DNA of 58,716 bases from Verrucomicrobiota bacterium (GCA_045046875.1 JASFYY010000015.1:1-58716), one strand, 5' to 3'; shown: positions 29,906 through 38,963, counted from the first letter of the stretch. The notes: a model not told the origin generated them from the letters alone. A program made the numbers and translations.

Positions 29906-30652
29906 ATGCCATTTTTTACTCACAGTCGTTTTGCCTATTTTGCGCTAGTTTTTAGCGTGGTATTGGGTGTGGGCACTGTCGAAGCTAAAGACAAATTGCC
30001 TGATCCCCGCGACGAATACATCATCGTCACCGGTGGCCCGGCGTTGGACAAATGGGAGAAATACCGGATCAAAAACCAGCGTCACGACCAGTGGTGGGGT
30101 AACTTTGTCCGCGCTTCACGGATCCGTATTGACCAATTGCAGCGTTATTACAAAGGGCCGGTCAACATCACCTGGATGGTGTATCGACCCGGTTATATCA
30201 GCCGTGCCACCGAGGACGGCCAACCTCTGATTTCCTTCATCGAGAGCGTGCGGGATAAATACAAAATCCGCCTGATCTGGTTCAATAGCGGTGATGATGT
30301 CATCCGTTATGTCAACAGTGGTCAGAATCGTTCACGGCTCAAAGTCGGCGGGTTTGAGTATTTTGGCCACTCGAATAAATACTGCTTTGTCTTTGATTAC
30401 AGCAATGAAGTGCTGGGAGCCTCGAAGTCTTTTCTGCATCAGGACATGCTGACGGGGATCAACCGCAACGTTTTTGCCAAACGCTCTTTTGCCAAAAGCT
30501 GGGGTTGCCACAGCGGCGAGAGTTTTTCAGCAGCGTTTAAAAAATCCACTGGGGTCAAAATGGTCGGGGCAATTGGAAAAACCGATTATTCCGAGGTTTA
30601 TAAACAAGTTTTGCCTTTTTTATCCAGTAGCTACGGCAAATGGACGCGTTAG
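29906..30652 (+). CDS. Secreted hypothetical protein, possible clan-CD-like His/Cys hydrolase
   Basis: Signal peptide; FEYFGHS and KSWGCH motifs. Confidence 0.7.
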   Translation: MPFFTHSRFAYFALVFSVVLGVGTVEAKDKLPDPRDEYIIVTGGPALDKWEKYRIKNQRHDQWWGNFVRASRIRIDQLQRYYKGPVNITWMVYRPGYISRATEDGQPLISFIESVRDKYKIRLIWFNSGDDVIRYVNSGQNRSRLKVGGFEYFGHSNKYCFVFDYSNEVLGASKSFLHQDMLTGINRNVFAKRSFAKSWGCHSGESFSAAFKKSTGVKMVGAIGKTDYSEVYKQVLPFLSSSYGKWTR

Positions 30653-30756
30653 AAATCGACTTTCTGAACACCAGATATCCGTAGTTCATCACCTTGCTTT
30701 TCAGCTTTTATCCGCGATAGTCGCGACGATTCACACACTCACTAATCGATATATCC

Positions 30757-31758
30757 ATGCAACTCGACGAACTGCAATCTCTCTATCAACTGCCCTTTTT
30801 TGAACTTTTGAAAAAAGCGCGTGAAGTGCACGAAGAAAACTGGCCGGACAATGAAGTGCAACTCTGCACCCTGCTCTCGATCAAAACCGGCGGGTGTTCC
30901 GAGGATTGCTCTTACTGTGCCCAGTCTTCCCGTTACGATACCGATCTCACTCGTGAGATGTTGATGGAAAAAAAAGAAGTGATGGAAAGTGCGGTGGCCG
31001 CCAAGGAAAACGGCAGCACCCGCTTTTGCATGGGCGCCGCTTGGAAAGGCGTACAGGACGGCACCGAAAAATTTGAAACCGTGCTGGAGATCGTGCGCCA
31101 CGTCAGCACTCTGGGAATGGAAGTCTGTGTCACCCTCGGCGAACTTGGTGAAGTCGAAGCTCGCAAACTACGTGAAGCTGGTGTGACCGCCTACAACCAC
31201 AACATCGACACCTCCCCTGAGCACTATCCCGAGATCGTCACCAGTCACACCTTCCAAGATCGGCTCGATACCATTCGTTGTGTGCAGGACGTCGGCATGT
31301 CGGTCTGTTGCGGCGGTATCCTCGGCATGGGTGAAAGCGAAACGGATCGTCTGCGTATGTTGGAAGTATTGAGCAATTTTAATCCGCCACCCGAAAGTGT
31401 GCCGATTAATGCGCTGATGCCGATGCCGGGCACCCCACTTGAAGATAAGCCGCCTATCGATTCTTTTGATCTCATCCGAATGATCGCCTTGGCCCGCATC
31501 GCCGTGCCAAAATCACGGGTGCGTCTTTCGGCTGGCCGCACCGGTCTGAATGACGAGGCGCAAGCGCTGTGCTTTTTTGCCGGAGCCAACTCTATCTTCT
31601 ACGGTGACAAACTGCTCACGGCAGAGAATCCACAGTCGAGTAAGGATAAAGCGTTGCTGGGCAAATTGGGTCTCAGCTCGCAAAAACCGAACCCGGAATT
31701 GATGCCGCCGAGCGCGGTAGAAAACCTGCCGCTCGACCCGGCGCCGGTGGCTACGTGA
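30757..31758 (+). CDS. bioB: Biotin synthase (radical SAM)
   Basis: CSEDCSYC, RFCMGAAW, YNHNID, GANSIFYGDKLLT. Confidence 0.97.
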   Translation: MQLDELQSLYQLPFFELLKKAREVHEENWPDNEVQLCTLLSIKTGGCSEDCSYCAQSSRYDTDLTREMLMEKKEVMESAVAAKENGSTRFCMGAAWKGVQDGTEKFETVLEIVRHVSTLGMEVCVTLGELGEVEARKLREAGVTAYNHNIDTSPEHYPEIVTSHTFQDRLDTIRCVQDVGMSVCCGGILGMGESETDRLRMLEVLSNFNPPPESVPINALMPMPGTPLEDKPPIDSFDLIRMIALARIAVPKSRVRLSAGRTGLNDEAQALCFFAGANSIFYGDKLLTAENPQSSKDKALLGKLGLSSQKPNPELMPPSAVENLPLDPAPVAT

Positions 31759-32099
31759 AGCACAAAGAGGAAAAGATTGAACCACAACCGAAACGAAGTG
31801 GAGATAGACGGAGGCATAGGTAGGAAGAGTTTTTTAATGGGATAAATTCAAAATCTCATCTGTATTTCCCCTCTTCCTATATCTTAAACCGCTGAATTCC
31901 GTCCACCAAACGCCAAACGCCCAACGTTAAAGTTGATCAAGAGCCCTGTGTTCACCTTCGCCAGTTTCATGTAAGTCAGAATTTGAGTAAGGTGAATTCC
32001 TCGAACTTGTTCGGCTGCCTTCAATTTTAAAATCAGGCAGTCTTCAACCAACAAATCCAAGCGGTAGCCGTAATCTAATTCACCTGCTTGTATTCGATC

Positions 32100-32385
32100 G
32101 GGTGTAAGACAAAAAAGTTAATCTGCTGACCGCTGTGCGTTGCGCCCTTGCAGGGCTGGAAGAATTGGATTTTTAACCCAGCGCTTCGCACTGGGCTATA
32201 GCATTGAGCACCGTTGGTGCAAAGGAGATGAAAGCAAACTGTCCTGTAAGGACAAAATGTGATAGCCCAGTGCGAAGCGCTGGGGTTAGATCGGATTTAT
32301 TGCCAGCCCTAAAAGGGCGAAATGATGTTGATGGGTGATAAGGTGGCTTTCAATAAGCAATGGTGAACTTTTTTGTCCTGCACCT
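32100..32385. mobile_element. 286-bp MITE with terminal inverted repeats and a 9-bp target duplication
   Basis: GGTGTAAGACAAAAAAGTTAA (32101-32121) vs reverse complement of 32364-32384 GGTGCAGGACAAAAAAGTTCA, 18/21. Flanks TATTCGATC (32091-32099) and TATTCGACC (32386-32394). Confidence 0.85.
32140..32322. repeat. REP/REPIN-like palindromic array inside the MITE
   Basis: Perfect 23-bp inverted pair 32177-32199 / 32262-32284, plus small hairpins GCCCTTGCAGGGC, GCACCGTTGGTGC, TGTCCTGTAAGGACA and GCCCTAAAAGGGC. Confidence 0.8.
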
Positions 32386-32779
32386 TATTCGACCGGCATC
32401 GGATGTTCTAGTTTGAAGTCGATTTGATTGTTGCTCAGTTGATAAGCCAAGCAGTGCTGATAAGCGGATTTGAATAATCCCGGCCCCTTAGCTTCGGTGC
32501 ACCTCAATTGCACAATCAATCACCTTCTCGGTTAATGAGTTCTTTCACCCTTTCTATTTTTTCCTACCTCTCTCCGGTCTCTGTGGTGAGAGCCTGTCTA
32601 TTTGCGTCACACTTCCAAATCATCATTTAAATCAATTTTTAATACAGAAATATCAATTAGAAATATATGGCAAGCAAGGGTATCTATGATGACTTAACAT
32701 ATTATTCTCTTCCCTTTTCATACATCTGTGCCCTATGACTCCGTCTATCTACACTACGCTTCGGTTGTGGTGATAAAAA

Positions 32780-33535
32780 ATGCCCGAATCAACTTCAGCT
32801 TATTTCCTGCAACACCCGCAGCCCTCGCGCACCGAGCCGTCAAAATCTCGTTTGTGGGCGGCGGTGCTGCCGGCTTTGGTGGTGCCACTACTCGCATCAC
32901 TGATCTACTTCGTATTTTTCCCCGGCACCTGGTTTGGTAAAGCCTGTTTTGCCCTGGTCAAAATTCACCTGATCGCATGGCCGATCATCGCGACGATTTT
33001 CATCCTTAAAGAATCTCTCAGCCGACCCGCTCCGACCTGGAAAACCCGCTTTCATACGCTCATCCCCGGAGTGTTGATCGGAGTCACCGTGGTCGCCAGT
33101 ATGTTCGCGCTGATGCTTACCCCGCTCGGTGACATCGTGCGCGCCTCGGGTGGCAGCATCAAAGACAAAGTCGAAGACCTCGGCATGTTGAAACACTACA
33201 TTGAGTTCTCCATTTTCATCTCGCTGTTCAATTCCCTGATCGAGGAGTGTTACTGGCGCTGGTTCGCTTACGGCACTTTGCGCCGCCTGATGCCGCGGAC
33301 TTGGGCACACATCCTAGCTGCGTTGGCTTTTTCAGCTCATCACATTGTGGTGGTTAGCCAATTTTTCCCGCTCAGTTTTGCGCTGTTTGTCGGCTTCTCG
33401 GTGGGTGTCGGCGGTTTGATCTGGAGTTTGATGTATCAGAAATACAATACCATCCTTGGCCCGTGGGTCTGTCACATCATCATCGATGCGGGGTTTTTAT
33501 GGATCGTTTATGATCTGTTTTTTCGGGATGTTTGA
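32780..33535 (+). CDS. CPBP family (CAAX/Abi) intramembrane glutamic endopeptidase
   Basis: Multi-TM protein with EECYWR, FSAHH and HIIID motifs. Confidence 0.9.
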   Translation: MPESTSAYFLQHPQPSRTEPSKSRLWAAVLPALVVPLLASLIYFVFFPGTWFGKACFALVKIHLIAWPIIATIFILKESLSRPAPTWKTRFHTLIPGVLIGVTVVASMFALMLTPLGDIVRASGGSIKDKVEDLGMLKHYIEFSIFISLFNSLIEECYWRWFAYGTLRRLMPRTWAHILAALAFSAHHIVVVSQFFPLSFALFVGFSVGVGGLIWSLMYQKYNTILGPWVCHIIIDAGFLWIVYDLFFRDV

Positions 33536-33554
33536 TGGTTAGGCTATGGGCAAC

Positions 33555-33581
33555 CGGAGCGGCCGCTCTACAAGCTGTTTG
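33555..33581 (-). repeat. GTAG-type REP-like unit; left boundary direct repeat of the islet
   Basis: CGGAGCGGCCGCTCTACAAGCTGTTTG, 22/27 identical to 38523-38549. Confidence 0.6.
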
Positions 33582-33634
33582 ATTGTCAGCGGGGCAAATG
33601 TTAGTCTCACCGCCAATTATTCTCTAATTTCCCT

Positions 33635-33912
33635 ATGCCCACACTCAACTGGATCGGTAAAGGTGCCGTTATCAAACACCACAAGGACGTTCCCTTTCGT
33701 TTGCTGGAGACGGATGCAAAGCTTTCTCTGGATAGATGGGGACGAGGACAACTTGATCGTGCAAGGAGATAATTTGCATACGCTCAAAGCGCTGCTGCCG
33801 AAGTATGCGAGTAAGGTGAAGTGTATCTACATTGACCCACGCATAATACGGGGAACGAAGGCTGGGTTTATAATGACAACGTCAAGGCACCGGAGATCAA
33901 GAAGTGGCTGGA
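33635..33912 (+). pseudogene. Type III restriction-modification Mod (adenine methyltransferase) N-terminal remnant
   Basis: MPTLNWIGKGAVIKHHKDVPFRLL / NLIVQGDNLHTLKALLPKYASKVKCIYIDP / NTGNEGWVYNDNV. Frameshifted; the DPPY motif is disrupted. Confidence 0.85.
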
Positions 33913-34192
33913 CAGGTGGTGGGGTAGATCTCAGCCTTCGTAAAAAGGGCGAATTGACCCTCGTCCAGTATAAGCGGTGGAAATTCAAAAAGTCGGTTTG
34001 CCGGTGGTGCGTGAATTGCTTGGAGCGATGACGGCTGAATCAGCAGCGCAAGGCATCGTGATCGCGACTTCCAGTTTTACTTCAGATGCGCGGGCTTTTG
34101 CACGCAAGCATCGCATTGAGCCAATTGAGGGAACTCAGTTAGTTCAGGCTATTGCTAGAGTTAAGAATAATAAGAGTTCTTATGATCTTTAA
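33913..34192 (+). pseudogene. Mrr-type (type IV) restriction endonuclease catalytic-domain remnant
   Basis: GGVDLSL...LVQYKRWK / VGLPVVRELLGAM...GIVIATSSFTSDARAFA, frameshifted. Confidence 0.8.
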
Positions 34193-34289
34193 ACATACGC
34201 TAACTCAAACTTCTTTTATCGTCCAAAAATCACGAAAAACTTGCCAGATCCCACCAATGCAAAGCTGTAACTTTCTGATAAGCAACGAG

Positions 34290-34618
34290 CATATTTTCAA
34301 AAAGCAGTCGGCGGGGTGTTGGTCGATCAAATCGAAAAGCGAATGGGGGGGCATTTTTTCATCAGTGTCTTAGCCTATCATTATTTGAACTGGGTGCACC
34401 TGCGTCAGGAAGAAAGCGAAGGCATGAGGAATTGGCAGAGCATCCGTCGGTTGTTGGGAACGCACAGTATGGTGAGCACACGCTTGCCACAGGTAGACGG
34501 ATGGGTGATCCGAACGAGAAAATCCAGCGTGCCTGATGCGGGGCAAGCGTTGGTCTATAAGAACCTTGAGGTCGACTGGAGACTCATGTGGCCAGTGATA
34601 AAATCAGAAATTGACTAA
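34290..34618 (+). pseudogene. IS1634-family transposase C-terminal fragment
   Basis: QIEKRMGGHFFISVLAYH...NWQSIRRLLGTH...RKSSVPDAGQALVYKNL. Confidence 0.75.
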
Positions 34619-34685
34619 ATTGTTACGGCCCTTTTCTCTTGATCCAGCAAAGATGGTACACTCACCACTCCACCGGCTCCCGGAC

Positions 34686-37600
34686 TCACTGCTCGATAAT
34701 CACCCTGAACCCGACATTGAAAACCCGCTGATACTGGGGATAGGTGAGGCGATAGCTGGCGGTGGCTCGATAGGGGCGGTCGTGCCAGGAGCCACCCCTT
34801 ACCACCCGCTTGGTTGTCCGATCTCCGTCGATGTCATTGCGTCCATCCTCGGCATAGGGATAGGCCTCGAAACGGGAGCGAGTCCATTCGGCGACATTGC
34901 CGTGCATGTCATAAAGCCCCCAGGGGTTGGATTGGTAGGCCATGGTCAATCGGGGTAACAAATGCCCGTCGTCCACAGTTGCATCTTTTGGTATGTAGTC
35001 CATCGACTTACCGGGATTTTCAATGATTACCGATTTGGTGTCGGAGCGGGGATCGGAAGCTGTCTCTATTACCAGCTCGCTGATCCGGCGATCAGCCAGA
35101 TTAGCGTAAGCCGCGAAATCACTCCCCATGGCACCATACCAGAAAGGCCCCGGCTTGGTCGCGTGACAAGCCCACTCCCACTGGGCTTCCGTCGGCAAAG
35201 TCACCTTCCTGCCCGTCTTTTCGGACAGCCAGCGGCAGAAAGCCATGGCTTTTTCCCAACTAAGCCTTACCGCCGGCATTTCAGGTTTGTTCATGTCGTA
35301 ACCACGCATGCCAAACTGGTAACCCTTCCACGACTCATCCCGGCTATCGTGGGCACTGTCAAAACAACGCATCTGGGCATTGCTCACTTCGGCTTCCGCC
35401 ATGAAAAATCCTTTGAGAATTTTTACCTGGCTCATCGGCAGCTCGTCCAAGGCCCCTTCACCGGAGCCCATATTAAATGATCCCGCCGGAATATAGACCA
35501 GTTTGATTTTTTGCCCCTGCCCCAGGTCAATAGATTGCGCCGCTTTGCGCTCTTTTGATGGTTTGAACGAGGCTAATAAAACGCCCTTCCTGCGTAACTC
35601 GCTTTGCTTACTTTGATCAGGCATGACCGGCTCGGGTTTTACCGGCTCGGGCGCTTGGTAATGATGGAACGAAACCACCCCGGCGTACTTCCGGCTGAGT
35701 TCATTGGCACGCGCTATCGAATTTTGCACCACCTTGTGTTTTTTTGGCACCCCCCCCACAACATCTTTGCGGTAACCATGGTAAGGGGCGTTGAAATCGA
35801 TCCAGCAGATCAGCCGCGACCACTCATCGTCGTCCAGCTTCACTCCATGGTGTCCCTTCCTGAGCAGCTGCACCAGCTCCGTGGTATCGGCACTAAATTC
35901 CTTGGCAGTCAGAACCCGCATATCGCTCTCGATACCGGCTCTGCGCACAAAGCGATGCAACTCCCCATAGGCTTTGCTGAAGCGCCCCGCATAGTTGGCA
36001 CCCGCCCGGCCAGAGTATGTCATATCCCAATCGTCTATCAGCTCCGCGTTGAAATGGGGGATCGTTTTGTTCCGGTATTCCAGACGCCGGCTTTCATAGC
36101 GACCCGCCGGCACTTTGCCATCGTGGCAGGAGTTGCATTTACGCTCTAGAATCGGCTGGATCTCATGGCGAAAGCTGAAGGGTCGCGCCTCCCCCAACCA
36201 GGGAGAGATCGAATAGGGCTGAGCGGTTGAAGCGAGCGACATTTTTGGTTGCGGGGCATCCCGGCTACTCTCGTGGCACCCGACACAGGAAACCCGCTCG
36301 CCTGGACGACCCACGAACCAAGAGCGCATGGTCTGCAGAGCCTGGCCGTCCTTGTCCAAAGGCTGGAGGAAAACCGGCGTATTGGCGGGTATTTCGAAAG
36401 TGGTGGAACCGTCTTTGAACACAGGCACCGTGCCCAGCACCCGCTTGATGTCCCAGGGGCCATCCATCCCCAAAGTCCCGATCAAGCCACCACTGCCGTG
36501 GGGGGAGAAATGGTAGGAACCCACTCGCAAGGTTTTCACTTCGCCTCGGGGAACCCCGTCGAGCCCGGGGCCATGGTAGATATCCTGAATGTAAACAGTG
36601 GCCGTTGTTTTTTCGGGATCGACCCTATCGGCGATGATCGGAGCCTCTTCCCTCCTGCGTAACGGCACAGGTTCGAACAAACCTTGCCCCTCCATCTCTT
36701 TAATCAGAGTGATGTTGTCGAAAATGTCCACCAGATAGATGCCCCACAGGCTGTCGGCTTTGGGTTTCATCGAGACTAGAAAATACTTACCAGCTCCCCG
36801 GTGGCTGCTTTTTTCGGCCAAGGGAAAAGGGTGGAGGATCTGCGGCCATACACCGTCCACCAGCCGATCCTTGACTTCGGCGACAACCTTCTTGCCGCGT
36901 CTCGGGATTTCTCGCACAACGCCCTCAGCCTCCCTCGTGCCCAGCTGCGGGTCGAGCACTAGCATCCGTCCCGAGCGGGACAAACCATGGTGACCCGTGG
37001 CAATACCGACAATCCGCGACGCATCGCCGGGAATAGGACGAGCGTAAAAGAAGGAGTTGGGAAAATAGGAATTACTCCCATAGTAAGATTTCTGCGAAGT
37101 GCCGTCGGGATTCATGCTCATGACAATACGGTTGTTGGAATGTACCATATCGGCGTATTCCCAACGCAGGTACATGATCCGACCGTCATTCATGACCGTT
37201 GGGCACCAGTCGCTGTCCTGCTCGAAACAAAGTTGATCGATTTTTTTGTTCTGCGGATTGAGCCGGTAAATACTGGCCATACGGGGCTGGCCGTCGATGC
37301 AGGGCATACCGAGGAAAGTGGCTGTTGAGGTGAACGCCACTTCACCATTCGGCAGGTAGCAGGCGTCGTAGTGGTCAATATCGTCGCCATCGTCGGGTGA
37401 GAGCTGGGTCAGGGTGCCGCCGGAGACCGGTTTCTCAAAAAGTCGCCACACTCCCCGCTCGTTGACCGCTGAAAACATCAGCCTCTCGCCCGAGACATGA
37501 AGATCCACATCCGATACCAGCCCCCCGTGCTTGGGTTTGTAAACAGTGCGCAGAACAGCATTCCCTTGGAGGAAATCTTCCAATACTACGATTTCATTGT

Positions 37601-38117
37601 CCCAGCCCTTGCGCTGGGTGTCGCTCATAGTGGAGAAATTCCCGCTAGGCATCCCGATGCCTCGTCCCATTTTATGGCGTGCCCCGGCACCTAGGCCACG
37701 GCGAATCAGAAGGATGTCTTTGAAGTCAAGCGCAGGGCTGCCGAGCAAGATGCTTTTTTGAAAGGCCAGAAGCTCTTCCGCCCGCTTGATGGCATCCGGT
37801 TCGCCGACCATGCAAGCATCCCCCAGTCCGGGCAGGCCTTTTGCAACGACATCCAGCTTTCGCAGGAGTTTCGCCGCATCAGCGTATCTCTCAGGGAACT
37901 CCCTCGATAAGTCTGCAATAGCCAGACGCATCGCCTCCGGATTGAACAGCTCCACCTGCCTTCGCAGCGACTCTCGGTGCAGACGGGCTCCATCGGCTTT
38001 GGCCGGTTGCGCGCCCGCTTCTCCCGCCAAGACTGCGACTGGAGCACTTACCCGGAAATAACTAGTTGTACAAAGACAAGCTACCAAAACCCCAGAGCTG
38101 AAACGTCTCGCATTCAT
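34686..38117 (-). CDS. Secreted HzsA-like beta-propeller / c-type heme / FGE-sulfatase (SUMF1) domain protein
   Basis: DACYLPNG and GRIMYLRWEY propeller motifs; IPANTPVFLQPLD...GERVSCVGCH; second CxxCH (CNSCH); LPTEAQWEWAC, NPWGLYDMHGNVAEW, RGGSW, GFRV. Confidence 0.9.
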   Translation of the reverse strand: MNARRFSSGVLVACLCTTSYFRVSAPVAVLAGEAGAQPAKADGARLHRESLRRQVELFNPEAMRLAIADLSREFPERYADAAKLLRKLDVVAKGLPGLGDACMVGEPDAIKRAEELLAFQKSILLGSPALDFKDILLIRRGLGAGARHKMGRGIGMPSGNFSTMSDTQRKGWDNEIVVLEDFLQGNAVLRTVYKPKHGGLVSDVDLHVSGERLMFSAVNERGVWRLFEKPVSGGTLTQLSPDDGDDIDHYDACYLPNGEVAFTSTATFLGMPCIDGQPRMASIYRLNPQNKKIDQLCFEQDSDWCPTVMNDGRIMYLRWEYADMVHSNNRIVMSMNPDGTSQKSYYGSNSYFPNSFFYARPIPGDASRIVGIATGHHGLSRSGRMLVLDPQLGTREAEGVVREIPRRGKKVVAEVKDRLVDGVWPQILHPFPLAEKSSHRGAGKYFLVSMKPKADSLWGIYLVDIFDNITLIKEMEGQGLFEPVPLRRREEAPIIADRVDPEKTTATVYIQDIYHGPGLDGVPRGEVKTLRVGSYHFSPHGSGGLIGTLGMDGPWDIKRVLGTVPVFKDGSTTFEIPANTPVFLQPLDKDGQALQTMRSWFVGRPGERVSCVGCHESSRDAPQPKMSLASTAQPYSISPWLGEARPFSFRHEIQPILERKCNSCHDGKVPAGRYESRRLEYRNKTIPHFNAELIDDWDMTYSGRAGANYAGRFSKAYGELHRFVRRAGIESDMRVLTAKEFSADTTELVQLLRKGHHGVKLDDDEWSRLICWIDFNAPYHGYRKDVVGGVPKKHKVVQNSIARANELSRKYAGVVSFHHYQAPEPVKPEPVMPDQSKQSELRRKGVLLASFKPSKERKAAQSIDLGQGQKIKLVYIPAGSFNMGSGEGALDELPMSQVKILKGFFMAEAEVSNAQMRCFDSAHDSRDESWKGYQFGMRGYDMNKPEMPAVRLSWEKAMAFCRWLSEKTGRKVTLPTEAQWEWACHATKPGPFWYGAMGSDFAAYANLADRRISELVIETASDPRSDTKSVIIENPGKSMDYIPKDATVDDGHLLPRLTMAYQSNPWGLYDMHGNVAEWTRSRFEAYPYAEDGRNDIDGDRTTKRVVRGGSWHDRPYRATASYRLTYPQYQRVFNVGFRVIIEQ

Positions 38118-38279
38118 CTGTCATAATACCACCGCTTGGCGATGGCAGAATTAGTTTCCCTCCCCCTATTTTGCAGTTTCCCCTCCTATTTTGCTATCCA
38201 GCTCACATCTTTGGTTGTGGCCATGTTTTCCTCAAATATCTCCCGACCTAGAGGGAAACCATATTCATCAAAGGCCATC

Positions 38280-38490
38280 CCCGCCGCCACCTGGCGGCGA
38301 CCATTGCGCTTCTGCTTGTTGCTTACCATGTTTGGTTTTCGATCTACTCTGGCACAACCCTTCAAGTTCGGTATTTGTCACGTTATAAAGGACGATGCTG
38401 CGTTTGAGCGAGGAAAGTTCTTTCTCTTGTTTGCACAAGTCCTTCTCGATGGCCTGATGATGATCAAAAAATATACCGAAGAGCTGACTT
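38280..38490 (-). pseudogene. IS1634-family transposase internal fragment
   Basis: Minus strand reads HHQAIEKDLCKQEKELSSLKRSIVLYNVTNTELEG...KQKRNGRRQV, similar to the LYDLTNTYFEG...KRxDxxQV region. Confidence 0.65.
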
Positions 38491-38522
38491 TTCCCAATTA
38501 GCGAGCTTTTACGTTAATAGCT

Positions 38523-38549
38523 CGGAGCGATCGGCCTACAAGTTGTTTG
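38523..38549 (-). repeat. GTAG-type REP-like unit; right boundary direct repeat of the islet
   Basis: CGGAGCGATCGGCCTACAAGTTGTTTG, similar to 33555-33581. Confidence 0.6.
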
Positions 38550-38657
38550 TAGAGGTGGGGTGGAGTGGGGAGAAAGTGGGACGTAATGGCATTGCGTGGG
38601 GGTGGGGGATCCACGGATTGCCAATCCATGCCACGGGGGAGAGCGCTTCGCTGTTCC

Positions 38658-38903
38658 CTACATTCCGCGGATGAAAGCGAGGGCTTTGTTGTAGCTGCTT
38701 TGTTCGAGGAAGTGTTGCAGGCGCGCGGGGATTTGGTTTTCCAATTCTTGCTGCAGATCAAAAATGCCCTGGGAGGCATTTTTCAATTGTTCCAGGTGCT
38801 GCACCGGATCGTGTTTGGCGAGGCGACTGTCGGCGATGATGTCCAGGCGTTGCTGCAACAAGTGAGCAAGTTGCTCTAGTTTGGTTTCGGATGGGGATTC
38901 CAT
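38658..38903 (-). CDS. Small helical hypothetical protein
   Basis: 81-aa ORF continuing the minus-strand run downstream of 38964; start codon uncertain. Confidence 0.6.
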   Translation of the reverse strand: MESPSETKLEQLAHLLQQRLDIIADSRLAKHDPVQHLEQLKNASQGIFDLQQELENQIPARLQHFLEQSSYNKALAFIRGM

Positions 38904-38963
38904 GTTAGTCATTATACAAAAGGGCAGTCGGGCTTTCAATGGTTTCCCGCACTTTGCTGAAAT

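Larger units (their letters stand above)
31884..32548 (-). pseudogene. GxxExxY-family (PD-(D/E)xK-like) protein pseudogene, interrupted by a MITE
   Basis: Reconstructed across frameshifts: LTEKVIDCAIEVHR..GPGLFKSAYQHCL...HPMPVEY | KQV..LDYGYRLDLLVEDCLILKLKA...QILTYMKLAKVNTGLLINFN. Confidence 0.85.

Noticed and set aside
33546..34031. 161-aa ORF as a real protein
   Set aside because: It is a patchwork of Mod and Mrr remnant frames.
34686..38117. Anammox hydrazine synthase
   Set aside because: No hzsB/hzsC or hdh here, and the FGE fusion marks the non-anammox homologue family.
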